From positions 274-64,273 of the forward strand of contig JASFMR010000004.1 in NCBI GenBank assembly GCA_050117475.1: a stretch of DNA of 64,000 nt. Direction: 5' to 3'. This DNA comes from Balneolaceae bacterium. Its GTDB lineage: Bacteria > Bacteroidota > Rhodothermia > Balneolales > Balneolaceae. The first letter of the stretch is position 1. Every line of letters begins with the position of its first letter. Both the position numbers and the translations under genes were made by a program. The notes beneath the pieces were generated by a model, which saw only the letters and a list, made by a program, of their open reading frames with translations, was not told the DNA's origin and did no database searches. Positions 39,353-51,385 of the stretch are shown here, in pieces.

Positions 39353-40144
39353 TCATTTAAACTCAGGCAATTTTCCAGCCGTTGACTGTTCGCTGAAAAA
39401 GTCTGTCATATTACTACGCAGTGAATCCAGATATCTTTTTAGATTCCATCCGATACACCACCCCCCAACCCGGATTTCCATTCCGAAAGCAAGTTCATCA
39501 GAAATATTGAACTCACATTCAAGATCACGGCCCGAAATGCCGCGAAGTAAATCCGTCAACTGGTGTTTTTGTTGACCGTCCAATTCAAATGAACTATAAA
39601 TCTCTGCCCGATTTATCTGCAGTTCCTCAATGGTTTCTTTTAACCGTTTCCTGTCTTTGTCATCAAGTGTTCTCAGTTTCTCAAAAAATATAGCTGCTGT
39701 TTGTTCCTGCAAGCCGCGATCAGTAAGGTCAATCAGTATATTTTTAACCAAGTCTATAATCTGCTCTCCCGTTTCCTGCTTCAACTGTGTAAGAAAAGCA
39801 TCCTTTTCACCTTGAATGGCTTCCTCCCATCGCTTTTTAATGCCCGCTATTTCCTCACGAATTTCTTTCATCATCTCATTCTGCTGCAAATCAGCCTCCT
39901 CTCTGGCTTGTTCCAGAAGCTTCGATTTCCGGGATTCTATATCTTTCACTTTTTGATCAAATTCATGCTCCTTTTGTTCTGCTTCCACTTTCTTCAGACG
40001 GGCCTCCTCCAGCTCAGAAGCAATTTTCTTCTCTCGTTCATCCATAGCATGGATAATCGGTTTATATAAAAATCGATGCAATAGCCAGATCAAAACCAGA
40101 AAATTGATAATCTGGGCTACGAATGTGAACCAATCAATCTGCAC
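39353..40144 (-). CDS. atpF: N-ATPase b subunit (extended; delta-like C-terminus)
   Basis: MQIDWFTFVAQIINFLVL, long coiled coil, C-terminal GMEIRVGG; no separate delta gene; GTG start. Confidence 0.92.
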   Translation of the reverse strand: MQIDWFTFVAQIINFLVLIWLLHRFLYKPIIHAMDEREKKIASELEEARLKKVEAEQKEHEFDQKVKDIESRKSKLLEQAREEADLQQNEMMKEIREEIAGIKKRWEEAIQGEKDAFLTQLKQETGEQIIDLVKNILIDLTDRGLQEQTAAIFFEKLRTLDDKDRKRLKETIEELQINRAEIYSSFELDGQQKHQLTDLLRGISGRDLECEFNISDELAFGMEIRVGGWCIGWNLKRYLDSLRSNMTDFFSEQSTAGKLPEFK

Positions 40145-40145
40145 G

Positions 40146-40424
40146 TTAGCCTCCGCTTAGTTGAATAACATAGTCCCAAAAAGGGTTGGCAAAAATGAGA
40201 ATCAGCGATACCACAAAACAGTAAATAGCCGTTGATTCCACCATAGCAAGCCCCACGAAGAGTGTCCGGGTAATCGTCGCAGATTCATCCGGCTGTTGCG
40301 CAATAGCTATCAATGCCTGCGATAAAGCCCGCCCCTCTCCCAATGCTGGACCAATTGAGCCGACAGCAATTGTTACTCCCGAAACGATAATCGATACCAT
40401 TCCAATAATACTTACAGCGTCCAT
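40146..40424 (-). CDS. atpE: N-ATPase c subunit with E30/E63-S64-T65-Y68 ion-binding set
   Basis: GPALGEG...QQP...MVESTAIY...FANPF. Confidence 0.95.
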   Translation of the reverse strand: MDAVSIIGMVSIIVSGVTIAVGSIGPALGEGRALSQALIAIAQQPDESATITRTLFVGLAMVESTAIYCFVVSLILIFANPFWDYVIQLSGG

Positions 40425-40467
40425 AATCTTGAGTGTTTAATAATTATTATTATTGATTATTACTTTT

Positions 40468-41172
40468 TTACTCTCCTTGTCCCTCTATTACCTCTTCAAG
40501 TTCATGTTGATGAACCCGCTGGCCTGAAGCGATATAAACCAAAGCAAGGATTGAAAATACATATGCTTGAATTACCCCAATCAAAAGCCCGAATGCCTGA
40601 ACGAAAATTGGGAAGAATAGTGGAGCCAAACTTAGAAGAATAGCCACAATCAAGCTTCCGCTCATCATATTTCCAAACAGGCGAATTGCCAAAGCAATAG
40701 TACGGGAAAGTTCACCAATTATATTAAATGGCAGCATTAACAACGAGGGTTTCGTATAATGCGCCATATAAGCCCGTACCCCTTGTTGTGAAATTCCAAA
40801 AACAGGTACCGCAACAAATACACAAAATGCCAAAGCTGTCGTTGTTGATAATGAGGTCGTTGGTGCACTGATTCCGGGAATCACATCAACCACATTTGAA
40901 CCCAGGATGAATAGAAAAAGAGTCCCAATGAATGGGAGATAACGCCTGGGATTCTGCCTGCTGGCTTCACGGATTTGATCCTGTATCATCGTCACAAGCA
41001 CTTCAAGTATATTTTGCCAGCGGCTCATACTTATTCCCGTACTCAACCGACGACTTATAAGCCAGGAACCGATAACAAGCACTCCCATAACGACCCAGCT
41101 GTATACCAGCGTTGCATTAATCCGGATAAACTCCCACTCCCAGAAGATGATATGATCAGTCGTTATTTCCAT
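40468..41172 (-). CDS. atpB: N-ATPase a subunit
   Basis: PTTSLSTT, LPFNIIGELSRT, LAIRLFGN (essential Arg), IQAYVF. Confidence 0.94.
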   Translation of the reverse strand: MEITTDHIIFWEWEFIRINATLVYSWVVMGVLVIGSWLISRRLSTGISMSRWQNILEVLVTMIQDQIREASRQNPRRYLPFIGTLFLFILGSNVVDVIPGISAPTTSLSTTTALAFCVFVAVPVFGISQQGVRAYMAHYTKPSLLMLPFNIIGELSRTIALAIRLFGNMMSGSLIVAILLSLAPLFFPIFVQAFGLLIGVIQAYVFSILALVYIASGQRVHQHELEEVIEGQGE

Positions 41173-41275
41173 ATATATTTTCTTGACAAATCAGTTACTT
41201 ATATAATCAAAGTACTCATTTTTTTAATTTATATTAGCTAAATCACTTATACACATAAACTTAATATCTGTGCCG

Positions 41276-43810
41276 CTATTCCGGCACCCATTTAATTACG
41301 GCTTTGGTAATTGGCAAGGCCAGGGCAAATCCCACAATACATCCCACAATCAATACGCCCCACTCTTTTAGGCCCAGCGGATCAACATAAAAGAAATCAT
41401 TCACGGGCGAATAAATGATAAAAACCTGCAGTACCAGGGAGCCAAACAATGAAACCAACAACCATTTATTAGAGAACCAGCTCAATTTTTCCTGGTACCG
41501 GATCGTGGCTATTCGAACAAATTCGTACAATACAAAAGCTGTGAACAGCACACTTCGCGCCAATTCGGCATCATACTGCTTAACAAAAAAGTATGAAAGC
41601 AAAAGCATTATTGTCTTTACAACACCTATCAAGCCAATCAACCATCCCAGTTGACGGTTGATTACCGGCTCATTTATTTTTCGGGGCCCTTTTCTCATGA
41701 TATCATCGGCCGGTGGGTCTACCCCCAGTGCCAGAGCAACCAAGCCATCGGTAAGCAAGTTAATCCAGAGTAATTGTACCGGTAAAAGAATGGGTTCATG
41801 CAATGAGAAAAGAAGAGTTGACGTAAATATAACGGCCACTTCAGCAAAATTACAGGTCAAAAGGTAATTGATAAACTTCCTGATATTATTAAAAATGGCG
41901 CGCCCTTCCTTCACAGCGTCCCTGATTGTACTGAAATTGTCATCCAGCAGTACAATATCACTAGCCTGCTTGGCAACCTCAGTACCTTTTTTCCCCATTG
42001 AGATTCCCACACTGGCTTTTTTGATTGCGAGTGCATCATTCACCCCATCGCCGGTCATTGCTACATTATGTTTTTTTTCTAAAATTTCCAGGATTCTGAG
42101 TTTGTGAAAGGGATTGGTACGAGCGAAAATGTTTACGTTATGATCCAATCGTACTTCAAGTTCTTTATCCTCCATTTCATCGAGTTCTGTGCCATCAATA
42201 ACTCCATTACTTTCTAAACCAACCTGTTTGGCGATCGCTTTTGCGGTCATCGGGTTGTCCCCCGTTATCATAATAACCCTGATACCGGCCGTATTACACT
42301 CTTCAATAGCATCACGGGCCTCAGACCTGGGCGGATCGATCATAGCCTGTAATCCGATCCACACCAAGTTTTCCTCAATACCGTCTACCGAAATCTCAGT
42401 GGGTTTAAAAGCAAAACCCAACACTCGGAGGGCATCAGAAGCCAACAGTTCATTCTCTTCCAGTATGGAATGTTTTGATTCTTCTGTGAGATCTGAAATT
42501 TCTCCATTGTGCAAGATACGGTTACATTTCTCCAATAAAATTTCAGGGGCCCCTTTTGCAAAAACAGTATACTTATCGCTGGCATCTTCCATAACCACGC
42601 TCATCATCTTTCTTTGGGAGCTAAAGGATACCTCATTAACTTTTCTGTAATTCTGGAAAACCCGTTTGGCAAGGTACTGTTCACTTACTTTTCGTAAAGC
42701 GATCTCGGTCTGTTCACCGAAGTAGGTGGTTTTTCCATTTCCGTCTGTTTCGGTTGACGTGTTATTGCACAAAATTCCACACTTCAACAGCAATTCACCG
42801 GTTTGATCTTTACTCAACTCCTCATTGGATACTTCAATCTCCCGACCATTGTAAAATAATTTTACCACCGTCATTTCATTCTCAGTGATCGTACCGGTTT
42901 TATCTGCACAGATCACATCAACCGCTCCCACCGACTCCACGATTGACAGCTTTCGGATAAGTGCATTTTTCTTCACCATCAAGTTGGCGCCTACAGCCAA
43001 TGCCAAAACCACGACCGCAGGCAGACCTTCAGGGATCGCAGCTACAGCCAATGAAATAGCCGTCAGCAAAGAATTGTAGAACCCAAATTTGAAAAAACCT
43101 ATGACTGCAATAACGATCCCGATCAACAGGGTGAGAAGAGATATTTTCTTTCCCAACTCGGCCAATTCCTCCTGGAATGGTGTTTTTTGCTCTCCCATCT
43201 CCTGCAGGCGGGAAGCGACTTCTCCAATTCGGGTATTCATGCCCGTTTTTTCTACGTGTACTTTTGCATTTCCCCCGGTGACATAAGTGTTAGCAAACAC
43301 GGCATCATCATCTTCTTTTCGAATCGCTCTGGATTCGCCGGTCAATACCGATTCATCGACCTCCAAATGGAATGTTTCCACCAACCGGCCATCCGCTGTA
43401 ATCATATCCCCCGTCTCCAGGATCAACAAATCATCCGGAACAACCTCGGTAGATGAGATTTTCATTTCTCTGCCGTCCCGTATGACCCTTGCTTGCGGAG
43501 CTGCCATCTCCTGTAGCGCTTCAATTGTTTTCTCTGCCTCATAATCCTGGATGAATCCGAAAATACCAGACAACAATACGATGACAAGAATTAAAACAGC
43601 ATCTATGGTATTCGACTCCTGGCCGGGTAAATAGCCGATAGCCAACGAAATGATTGCGGCAGCAATTAGCACCAGTATGAGCGGTGAGGTAAATTGAGAC
43701 AGCAGAATTCTTAGAGGATGCACTTTAGTAGTGCGCACCAGTTCATTACGGCCATACTCCTGTAATCGTTTTTGTGCTTCCTGTACTGTTAAACCGGGTT
43801 GCTGTTTCAT
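41276..43810 (-). CDS. Cation-translocating P-type ATPase (P2-type) inside the N-ATPase operon
   Basis: TGES, AVAAIPEGLP, DKTGT, KGAPE, TGDGVND, NFAE, QLLWINLLTD. Start 43810 overlaps the antiporter stop (ATGA). Confidence 0.92.
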   Translation of the reverse strand: MKQQPGLTVQEAQKRLQEYGRNELVRTTKVHPLRILLSQFTSPLILVLIAAAIISLAIGYLPGQESNTIDAVLILVIVLLSGIFGFIQDYEAEKTIEALQEMAAPQARVIRDGREMKISSTEVVPDDLLILETGDMITADGRLVETFHLEVDESVLTGESRAIRKEDDDAVFANTYVTGGNAKVHVEKTGMNTRIGEVASRLQEMGEQKTPFQEELAELGKKISLLTLLIGIVIAVIGFFKFGFYNSLLTAISLAVAAIPEGLPAVVVLALAVGANLMVKKNALIRKLSIVESVGAVDVICADKTGTITENEMTVVKLFYNGREIEVSNEELSKDQTGELLLKCGILCNNTSTETDGNGKTTYFGEQTEIALRKVSEQYLAKRVFQNYRKVNEVSFSSQRKMMSVVMEDASDKYTVFAKGAPEILLEKCNRILHNGEISDLTEESKHSILEENELLASDALRVLGFAFKPTEISVDGIEENLVWIGLQAMIDPPRSEARDAIEECNTAGIRVIMITGDNPMTAKAIAKQVGLESNGVIDGTELDEMEDKELEVRLDHNVNIFARTNPFHKLRILEILEKKHNVAMTGDGVNDALAIKKASVGISMGKKGTEVAKQASDIVLLDDNFSTIRDAVKEGRAIFNNIRKFINYLLTCNFAEVAVIFTSTLLFSLHEPILLPVQLLWINLLTDGLVALALGVDPPADDIMRKGPRKINEPVINRQLGWLIGLIGVVKTIMLLLSYFFVKQYDAELARSVLFTAFVLYEFVRIATIRYQEKLSWFSNKWLLVSLFGSLVLQVFIIYSPVNDFFYVDPLGLKEWGVLIVGCIVGFALALPITKAVIKWVPE

Positions 43811-44985
43811 CTTAAATGGGCTTCCGGTTTCAAGGCTATATTCCATTTTACGAGCAGGTTTGCAAATAATGGCGGTATTATAAATTTGAATAAAATACTC
43901 GAAGCGATAAGCACCGAAAACAGTTCATTTCCGATCAACCTATTCTGGTAAAGCACGGTAACAATCACGATGCTGGTGCTAAACCTTACCGACAGCGCAA
44001 TTCCCATAAGCAGGGCTTTCTTCCTCCCCATCTCTTTTCGTGCCGTTATCCAGCTGCCCAGCATCTTGGCAAAACCGGAGATCAGAATGACGAATACAAC
44101 CAGGAGTACGTTAGTTGCCAGGTATGTCATGTTCATTTCCATTCCGATATTCAGAAAAAAGATAGGAGCCAAGAAACCAAATGTAAGCAGTTTGGTATGA
44201 GTCGATAACAGCTGAAACTGTTTTTTATCAACAAAATATTTCGTAACCAGTCCGGCCAAAATTGCTGCCAGCGCTTCCATACCCGCCATTTCGCCAATCC
44301 CGATGTAGACAAAGAAGATGATCAACATAAAACATACTATGATTCCACTATAGTCGGGTAATTTAATCTTCGGGATAAACCGTTTTACGGTGAATAGAAG
44401 GCCAGTAAGTATGATGAGCAGAAAAAAAGCAATCACTTCTGTCCCAAGCCTGGTGTGGATATCACCTTTTATCCCTAATAAGACACTCAACCAAACCAGT
44501 GCTGTAAGCTCCAAAATATCATCAAGCGTAGCGATGCCGATAATCGCTTGTCCCAGTTTAGTGTGTATAATGTTGAATTCATCAAGTATCGGCACTAATA
44601 TTGCTTCTCCAACAGTCCCAAACGACATAGCAACCAATGTTGCTGTGGGCCAAGGGGTGCCAAAAACGTAATGGATGAACAGGCTTCCAAAAAATGTTGC
44701 CAACGCAATCGTCAGCAAGGTTGTTGTAACAATAAGTTTTCCCAACCTCCTGATTTCTTCCAAATCTATCTCCAGGCCGATGATAAAAAGCAGAAAATAC
44801 ATCCCCAGATCAGATAAAAAAATAAATGAGGGATCCACATTTATCGAAGGGATTGGATTATAAACAGCCAGGCCGGCTCCAATCAGAAGAGCGGCAAATA
44901 TCCAAGGAACCCTTACCTTTTCGATGAGCGGTCCAATTAAAAATGACAATAGAAAAAAAGCCCCTAAAAATAGAAAGAAGATCAT
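43807..44985 (-). CDS. Cation:proton antiporter (CPA2/Kef-like, no KTN domain) inside the N-ATPase operon
   Basis: About 12 TM; FLLFIIGLEID, IATLDDILEL, FLAPIFFLNIG, GFAKMLG; AGGAGG RBS. Confidence 0.88.
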   Translation of the reverse strand: MIFFLFLGAFFLLSFLIGPLIEKVRVPWIFAALLIGAGLAVYNPIPSINVDPSFIFLSDLGMYFLLFIIGLEIDLEEIRRLGKLIVTTTLLTIALATFFGSLFIHYVFGTPWPTATLVAMSFGTVGEAILVPILDEFNIIHTKLGQAIIGIATLDDILELTALVWLSVLLGIKGDIHTRLGTEVIAFFLLIILTGLLFTVKRFIPKIKLPDYSGIIVCFMLIIFFVYIGIGEMAGMEALAAILAGLVTKYFVDKKQFQLLSTHTKLLTFGFLAPIFFLNIGMEMNMTYLATNVLLVVFVILISGFAKMLGSWITARKEMGRKKALLMGIALSVRFSTSIVIVTVLYQNRLIGNELFSVLIASSILFKFIIPPLFANLLVKWNIALKPEAHLR

Positions 44986-45033
44986 ATCCTATCCTCCTTT
45001 CTAATGGATATGTTCAGTGCCCTTTTCATAAGC

Positions 45034-45348
45034 TCAAATTACCTGCGATTTATTGCTCACTGTCCTCGTGATTACCGTTCGACTTATCAAAAAACCAACC
45101 AAGGCAACTGCCAATGCCTGCCACTGGTGCACCATCTGTAACAAAAGAAAGAACCCAGAGACAACAACAGTTGTACGCAATAAAAAACTTAAAATAAATA
45201 GTAGGTGATAAGATTTACTCTTTGCTGTAAAATGTTTTATAGTTAACCAAAGACCGCCGAAATAAAACGATCCCAGTAGCACCCCTGTTATCAAGCTGAT
45301 TATTATCATTGTTGTTGTGCTCATAAAAAACCTCATTATTTCATTCAC
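45034..45348 (-). CDS. atpR: N-ATPase AtpR subunit
   Basis: GVLLGSFYFGGLWLT...SFLLR pattern; position after atpQ; GTG start. Confidence 0.85.
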   Translation of the reverse strand: MNEIMRFFMSTTTMIIISLITGVLLGSFYFGGLWLTIKHFTAKSKSYHLLFILSFLLRTTVVVSGFFLLLQMVHQWQALAVALVGFLISRTVITRTVSNKSQVI

Positions 45349-45653
45349 TCAATTTCTTTCCCTTCCTGCTTCACCCAATACCAGGCATTCAAACAACCTA
45401 TGGCAATACCTATTACCAATAGCATCAGTGTCCATGAATACTGGCTTTCTGTATTCGAATCGATCCAAATCCCCAGAGCCAGGAACAAAAGCGTAGGAAT
45501 TGCTACCGACCATCCTACAAGTCCGAACATTCCGATTCCAAACCATATGCCTTTTTGTGATTCACGCCTGGCTTTCAGTCTGCGTTTGGATTTATCTCTT
45601 ACGTGCTCCTCAAAACGTTTTTCCTGATCTTCAGATGATTTTTTATCGACCAT
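45345..45653 (-). CDS. atpQ: N-ATPase AtpQ (AtpZ/AtpI-like) subunit
   Basis: GIGMFGLVGWSVAIPT...LGIWID...GCLNAWYWV; start set at MVDKK. Confidence 0.88.
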   Translation of the reverse strand: MVDKKSSEDQEKRFEEHVRDKSKRRLKARRESQKGIWFGIGMFGLVGWSVAIPTLLFLALGIWIDSNTESQYSWTLMLLVIGIAIGCLNAWYWVKQEGKEIE

Positions 45654-45660
45654 GGCCGCC

Positions 45661-47492
<1,832 letters not shown>

Positions 47493-47504
47493 CTATTGCT
47501 GGAA

Positions 47505-49916
47505 TTAAGCATTCGCCGGCTGTAATTTTTTTTCAATTTTATTAACCTCGTTTATCACATTAATGACACTATCCGGATTCAATGAAATCGAATCAATTCC
47601 CGCCTTTACAAGAAAACTTGCATATGTAGGGTCATCACTGGGGGCCTGGCCGCAAAAACCGATTTTTATGCCTGCCTCATGAACTCTTTTTATAACATCT
47701 TTAATGGCGGTCTTGACAGCGTCATTATGCTCATCAAACAGGTAAGCCAATTCAGCGGAATCACGGTCTACTCCCAAAATTAGCTGCGTCAGATCATTTG
47801 AACCAATTGAGAATCCGTCAAAATAGCGGGCAAAATCTTCTGCCAATATCACGTTAGCCGGAATTTCGCACATCATGTAGACCTGGAGTCCGTTTTGTCC
47901 CCGTTTTAAGCCATTGACTGCCATTTCTTCGAGCACTTTACGAGCTTCATCGACAGTTCTGCAGAATGGAATCATGACAATAATGTTATCAAGCCCAATT
48001 TCCTCACGAACCATTTTGAGAGCCCGACATTCAAGGGCAAAACCTTCACGATATCCCTCGCTGTAATAACGGCAGGCTCCTCTCCATCCAAGCATGGGAT
48101 TTTGTTCAAGAGGTTCAAAGGCAGCACCACCAATTAGGTTTGCATATTCATTCGTTTTGAAATCGCTTGTGCGAACAATCACCGGTTGAGGATATTGTGA
48201 TGCGGCTATCTTTGAAATTCCACGCGCCAGTTCTTCAACAAAGAAAATGGTCTTATCATCATAATGATGTGTCAACTTGCGGATTTTTTCACGCTCGTGC
48301 TCATCAAGAACCTTTTCGAAATGTATAAGTGCCATAGGATGGGCTTTTATATGCTGGCTGATAATAAATTCCATCCGCGCCAGCCCTACCCCTTTTACCG
48401 GGAGCTTCCACCATTTGAAGGCAGATTCCGGTGCGGCCAGGTTAAGCATAATATTTGTTTTGGGTACCGAAAGCTTCTCCAGGTTAATCTCCTGCACTTC
48501 ATATTTGAGCTTGCCCTCATAAACTTTCCCTTCATCACCTTCGGAACAAGAAATAGTTATTTCCTGCCCATCTTTTAACAAGGTTGTTCCGTTATGGGTG
48601 CCCACTATGGCGGGAATTCCCAACTCACGACTTACAATAGCGGCGTGACAAGTTCGCCCCCCCGAATCCGTTACTATTCCGGCGGCTTTTTTAATGTAGG
48701 GAACCCAGTCGGGTTCCGTCATTTGCGTCACCAAAATATTTTCACTGGTAATGGACTGTAGATCATCAACTTTAGTAATTTTTTTAACAGCACCGGCAAC
48801 AACACTGCTGCCAATGCTTAGTCCCGTTAGTAAAACCTTGGCATCACCATGCAACAGTCGATAATTTTTGAACGTGAAATCACTTTCAGCGGAATGCACG
48901 GTTTCCGGACGGGCCTGTACGATATAGAGATCCTGTGAGTCCTGCCCTTTTACCCACTCTATATCCATCGGGCGTCCATAATGATCCTCAATACGTTTAG
49001 CCCAGATAGCCAATTGGAGAATTTCGCCTTCATCGAGCACAAAAGAAGCACGTTCTTCTGCGGTGGTAGGGACATTCCGGGTTCGGCCATCCTCATCAGA
49101 CGCATAAACCATTTTTTGTTCTTTATCACCCAATTTCTTTTCCAGGATTGGAAATTTGCCATTCTTATCAAGCAAAGGCTTGAATACAACAAATTGATCT
49201 GGATTTACAACCCCCCTGACCACATTTTCTCCCAACCCCCAGGAGCCATTGATGACCACAACATCGCGGAATCCGCTTTCTGTATCTAAGGTAAACATCA
49301 CGCCCGAGCTGGTATTATCAGATCTGATCATCTTTTGAACGCCAATGGAAAGCCCCACATCAAGGTGGCCAAACCCCTTCTCTTCACGATATACTATTGC
49401 GCGTGCGGTAAACAAAGAAGCGAAACATTTTTTACATGCTTTAAGTAATTCCTCTTCGCCCCTGACATTGAGATATGTCTCTTGTAAACCGGCAAAGCTG
49501 GCAGTAGGTAAGTCCTCGGCGGTAGCACTGCTTCGTACAGCTACATCCACATTAATGATATCATATTCTACACAAAGTCTAGAATAGGCGTCCCTGATAC
49601 TCTGGGCCATAGAAATAGGAAAAATACCATTTGAAATCAGTTTTCTAATGGCCCTGCCACCCTCTTCAATAGTTATGTCATTTTTCTTAATCTTTTTTAG
49701 ATAATTTCTTATTGGATCTTCTAACTTATTGTATTCCAAATATTTATGGTATGCATAGGCAGTCGTAGCAAAGCCTTTTGGGATATTGATTCCTTTTGGT
49801 GACAAATGTTTTAGCATTTCACCAAGCGAGGCATTCTTGCCTCCTACCTCACTAACATTATTGTTATCTACTTCTTGTAGCCATCGTACAAATGGATTAC
49901 GCGTAAATTCCATCAT
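47505..49916 (-). CDS. ppsA: Phosphoenolpyruvate synthase (pyruvate, water dikinase)
   Basis: VGGKNASLGEM, AVRSSATAED, QARPETV, phospho-His GGRTCHAAI, ENPMLG-like EQNPMLGWRG, GSNDLTQ. Confidence 0.95.
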   Translation of the reverse strand: MMEFTRNPFVRWLQEVDNNNVSEVGGKNASLGEMLKHLSPKGINIPKGFATTAYAYHKYLEYNKLEDPIRNYLKKIKKNDITIEEGGRAIRKLISNGIFPISMAQSIRDAYSRLCVEYDIINVDVAVRSSATAEDLPTASFAGLQETYLNVRGEEELLKACKKCFASLFTARAIVYREEKGFGHLDVGLSIGVQKMIRSDNTSSGVMFTLDTESGFRDVVVINGSWGLGENVVRGVVNPDQFVVFKPLLDKNGKFPILEKKLGDKEQKMVYASDEDGRTRNVPTTAEERASFVLDEGEILQLAIWAKRIEDHYGRPMDIEWVKGQDSQDLYIVQARPETVHSAESDFTFKNYRLLHGDAKVLLTGLSIGSSVVAGAVKKITKVDDLQSITSENILVTQMTEPDWVPYIKKAAGIVTDSGGRTCHAAIVSRELGIPAIVGTHNGTTLLKDGQEITISCSEGDEGKVYEGKLKYEVQEINLEKLSVPKTNIMLNLAAPESAFKWWKLPVKGVGLARMEFIISQHIKAHPMALIHFEKVLDEHEREKIRKLTHHYDDKTIFFVEELARGISKIAASQYPQPVIVRTSDFKTNEYANLIGGAAFEPLEQNPMLGWRGACRYYSEGYREGFALECRALKMVREEIGLDNIIVMIPFCRTVDEARKVLEEMAVNGLKRGQNGLQVYMMCEIPANVILAEDFARYFDGFSIGSNDLTQLILGVDRDSAELAYLFDEHNDAVKTAIKDVIKRVHEAGIKIGFCGQAPSDDPTYASFLVKAGIDSISLNPDSVINVINEVNKIEKKLQPANA

Positions 49917-49935
49917 CGTCGCTCACCTTCTAAGA

Positions 49936-50685
49936 TTATTTAATCACATATCCGCCGTCAACAAGTAAAGAATGTCCCGTAATGAATGATGCTTCATCAG
50001 AAGCAAGCCAAACTACGGCATTTGCTATCTCTTCAGCTTTGCCCAATCTACCTATGGGATGAAGGGCTATTATAGATTTTTTCGTATCTGGATCAGTGGT
50101 TATACCGGCGCGGTCCAGCATTGGCGTATCGATGAACCCGGGACAGACGGCGTTTATTCGGATGTTTTGTTTAGCATAATCCAAGGCGGCAGCTTTCGTC
50201 AAGCCAATAAGGCCGTGCTTTGCGGCTACATAACCCGGGGCTTGCTCAAAAGCCACTTGACCCAATATGGAAGACATGTTAATTATTGAACCGCCATGTT
50301 CTATCATTTGGGGTATTTCATATTTCATACACAGCCATTGGCCTCTCAGATTTACATTCATAACCCGATCCCACTCATCAATGGTATAATCAGCCGTTAG
50401 CGCTGTTGTTCCTTCAATGCCCGCGTTGTTGCAGGCCACATCCAATCTGCCGAATTCTTGAATTATTTTGTTAATCATTCCTTTGACCTCATCTGCATGA
50501 GCGATATCGCAGGTTAAAGCCAGTGCCTCTCCCCCCTCGTTGGTAATTTCATCTTCAACTTCATACAGATCATCGTCATTAAGATCACAGATAACTGTCC
50601 TATATCCTTTTTGCGCAAATTTTAGAGCCGTTTGTTTTCCAATTCCAGATGATGCTCCTGTAACCAAAGCCACTCTCTTTTCCAT
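49936..50685 (-). CDS. Short-chain dehydrogenase/reductase (glucose-1-DH-like)
   Basis: TGASSGIG, NNAG, YVAAKHG, AVCPG, VDGG. Confidence 0.92.
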   Translation of the reverse strand: MEKRVALVTGASSGIGKQTALKFAQKGYRTVICDLNDDDLYEVEDEITNEGGEALALTCDIAHADEVKGMINKIIQEFGRLDVACNNAGIEGTTALTADYTIDEWDRVMNVNLRGQWLCMKYEIPQMIEHGGSIINMSSILGQVAFEQAPGYVAAKHGLIGLTKAAALDYAKQNIRINAVCPGFIDTPMLDRAGITTDPDTKKSIIALHPIGRLGKAEEIANAVVWLASDEASFITGHSLLVDGGYVIK

Positions 50686-50711
50686 TTCAGACCTCTTCGT
50701 GTCAAATAGTT

Positions 50712-50740
50712 AAAGGAACCGCATCAGATGCGGTTCCTTT
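50712..50740. terminator. Probable intrinsic terminator downstream of hsp20
   Basis: Perfect inverted repeat AAAGGAACCGCATC-A-GATGCGGTTCCTTT with A/T-rich ends. Confidence 0.75.
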
Positions 50741-50767
50741 TCATCGTAAAGATGAACTCTAACTCAA

Positions 50768-51220
50768 TTAGTCAATAGCTACTGTTTTACGCTTGCTCTT
50801 CTCGGCTTTAGGAATATTTACCTTGAGCACACCATCTTTAAATGTTGCTTTGATTTTTTCATCGGTAATAGCTGCGGGCAACATGAAGGAGCGCTTGAAG
50901 GAGCCGAAATAACGTTCGCTGCGTAAATAACCTTCACGTTCTTCTTTTTTTTCTTCTTTTCTTTCTCCTTCAATAGTCAAAACATTATCATGATAGTTGA
51001 TCTGGATATCTTTCTTTGTCAACCCCGGAAGATCTACGTCAACAATATATTCATTGTCTGTTTCGACCATATCAGCTTTTGGAGACCAGAATCCTATTTC
51101 GGTTTCTGGTTCTTCAAATCTCCAGGAAAACGGAATGAGATCATTAAAAATCCGATCCATTTCTCTCCTTAGATTGGTTACTGCAGTTGTACTGCTGGGG
51201 TATTTTACTAACGACTTCAT
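50768..51220 (-). CDS. Hsp20/alpha-crystallin small heat-shock protein
   Basis: DMVET, DLPGL.K.DI, LTIEGER, ERYFGSFKRSF.LP, A.FKDGVL. Confidence 0.95.
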   Translation of the reverse strand: MKSLVKYPSSTTAVTNLRREMDRIFNDLIPFSWRFEEPETEIGFWSPKADMVETDNEYIVDVDLPGLTKKDIQINYHDNVLTIEGERKEEKKEEREGYLRSERYFGSFKRSFMLPAAITDEKIKATFKDGVLKVNIPKAEKSKRKTVAID

Positions 51221-51258
51221 GATACTACATCCTCTTTTTTCTTAAGTTTCTATGAATA

Positions 51259-51272
51259 AGGGAGATGTCCCT
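51259..51272. promoter_or_regulatory. Candidate response-regulator box AGGGAGATGTCCCT
   Basis: Part of the 16-bp near-palindrome AAGGG-AGATGT-CCCTT, about 40 bp upstream of hsp20. Confidence 0.55.
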
Positions 51273-51356
51273 TTTGTTCAAAACTTAATCCAGCCAAGCC
51301 TTTAGCTATGCAGTATGTTCCTTTTGAAGCCTGTAATCAAAAATGGGTATTCCAAT

Positions 51357-51371
51357 TAGGAAATATCCCTA
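51357..51371. promoter_or_regulatory. Candidate box TAGGAAATATCCCTA(CA)
   Basis: Both half-sites present but the spacer is one base longer (15 bp); upstream of hsp20. Confidence 0.45.
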
Positions 51372-51385
51372 CATCCTAAACCACA

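Noticed and set aside
41183-41207. TTGACA and TATAAT hexamers upstream of atpB
   Set aside because: Spacer is only 13 bp and the orientation is opposite to the operon; likely chance in an AT-rich spacer.
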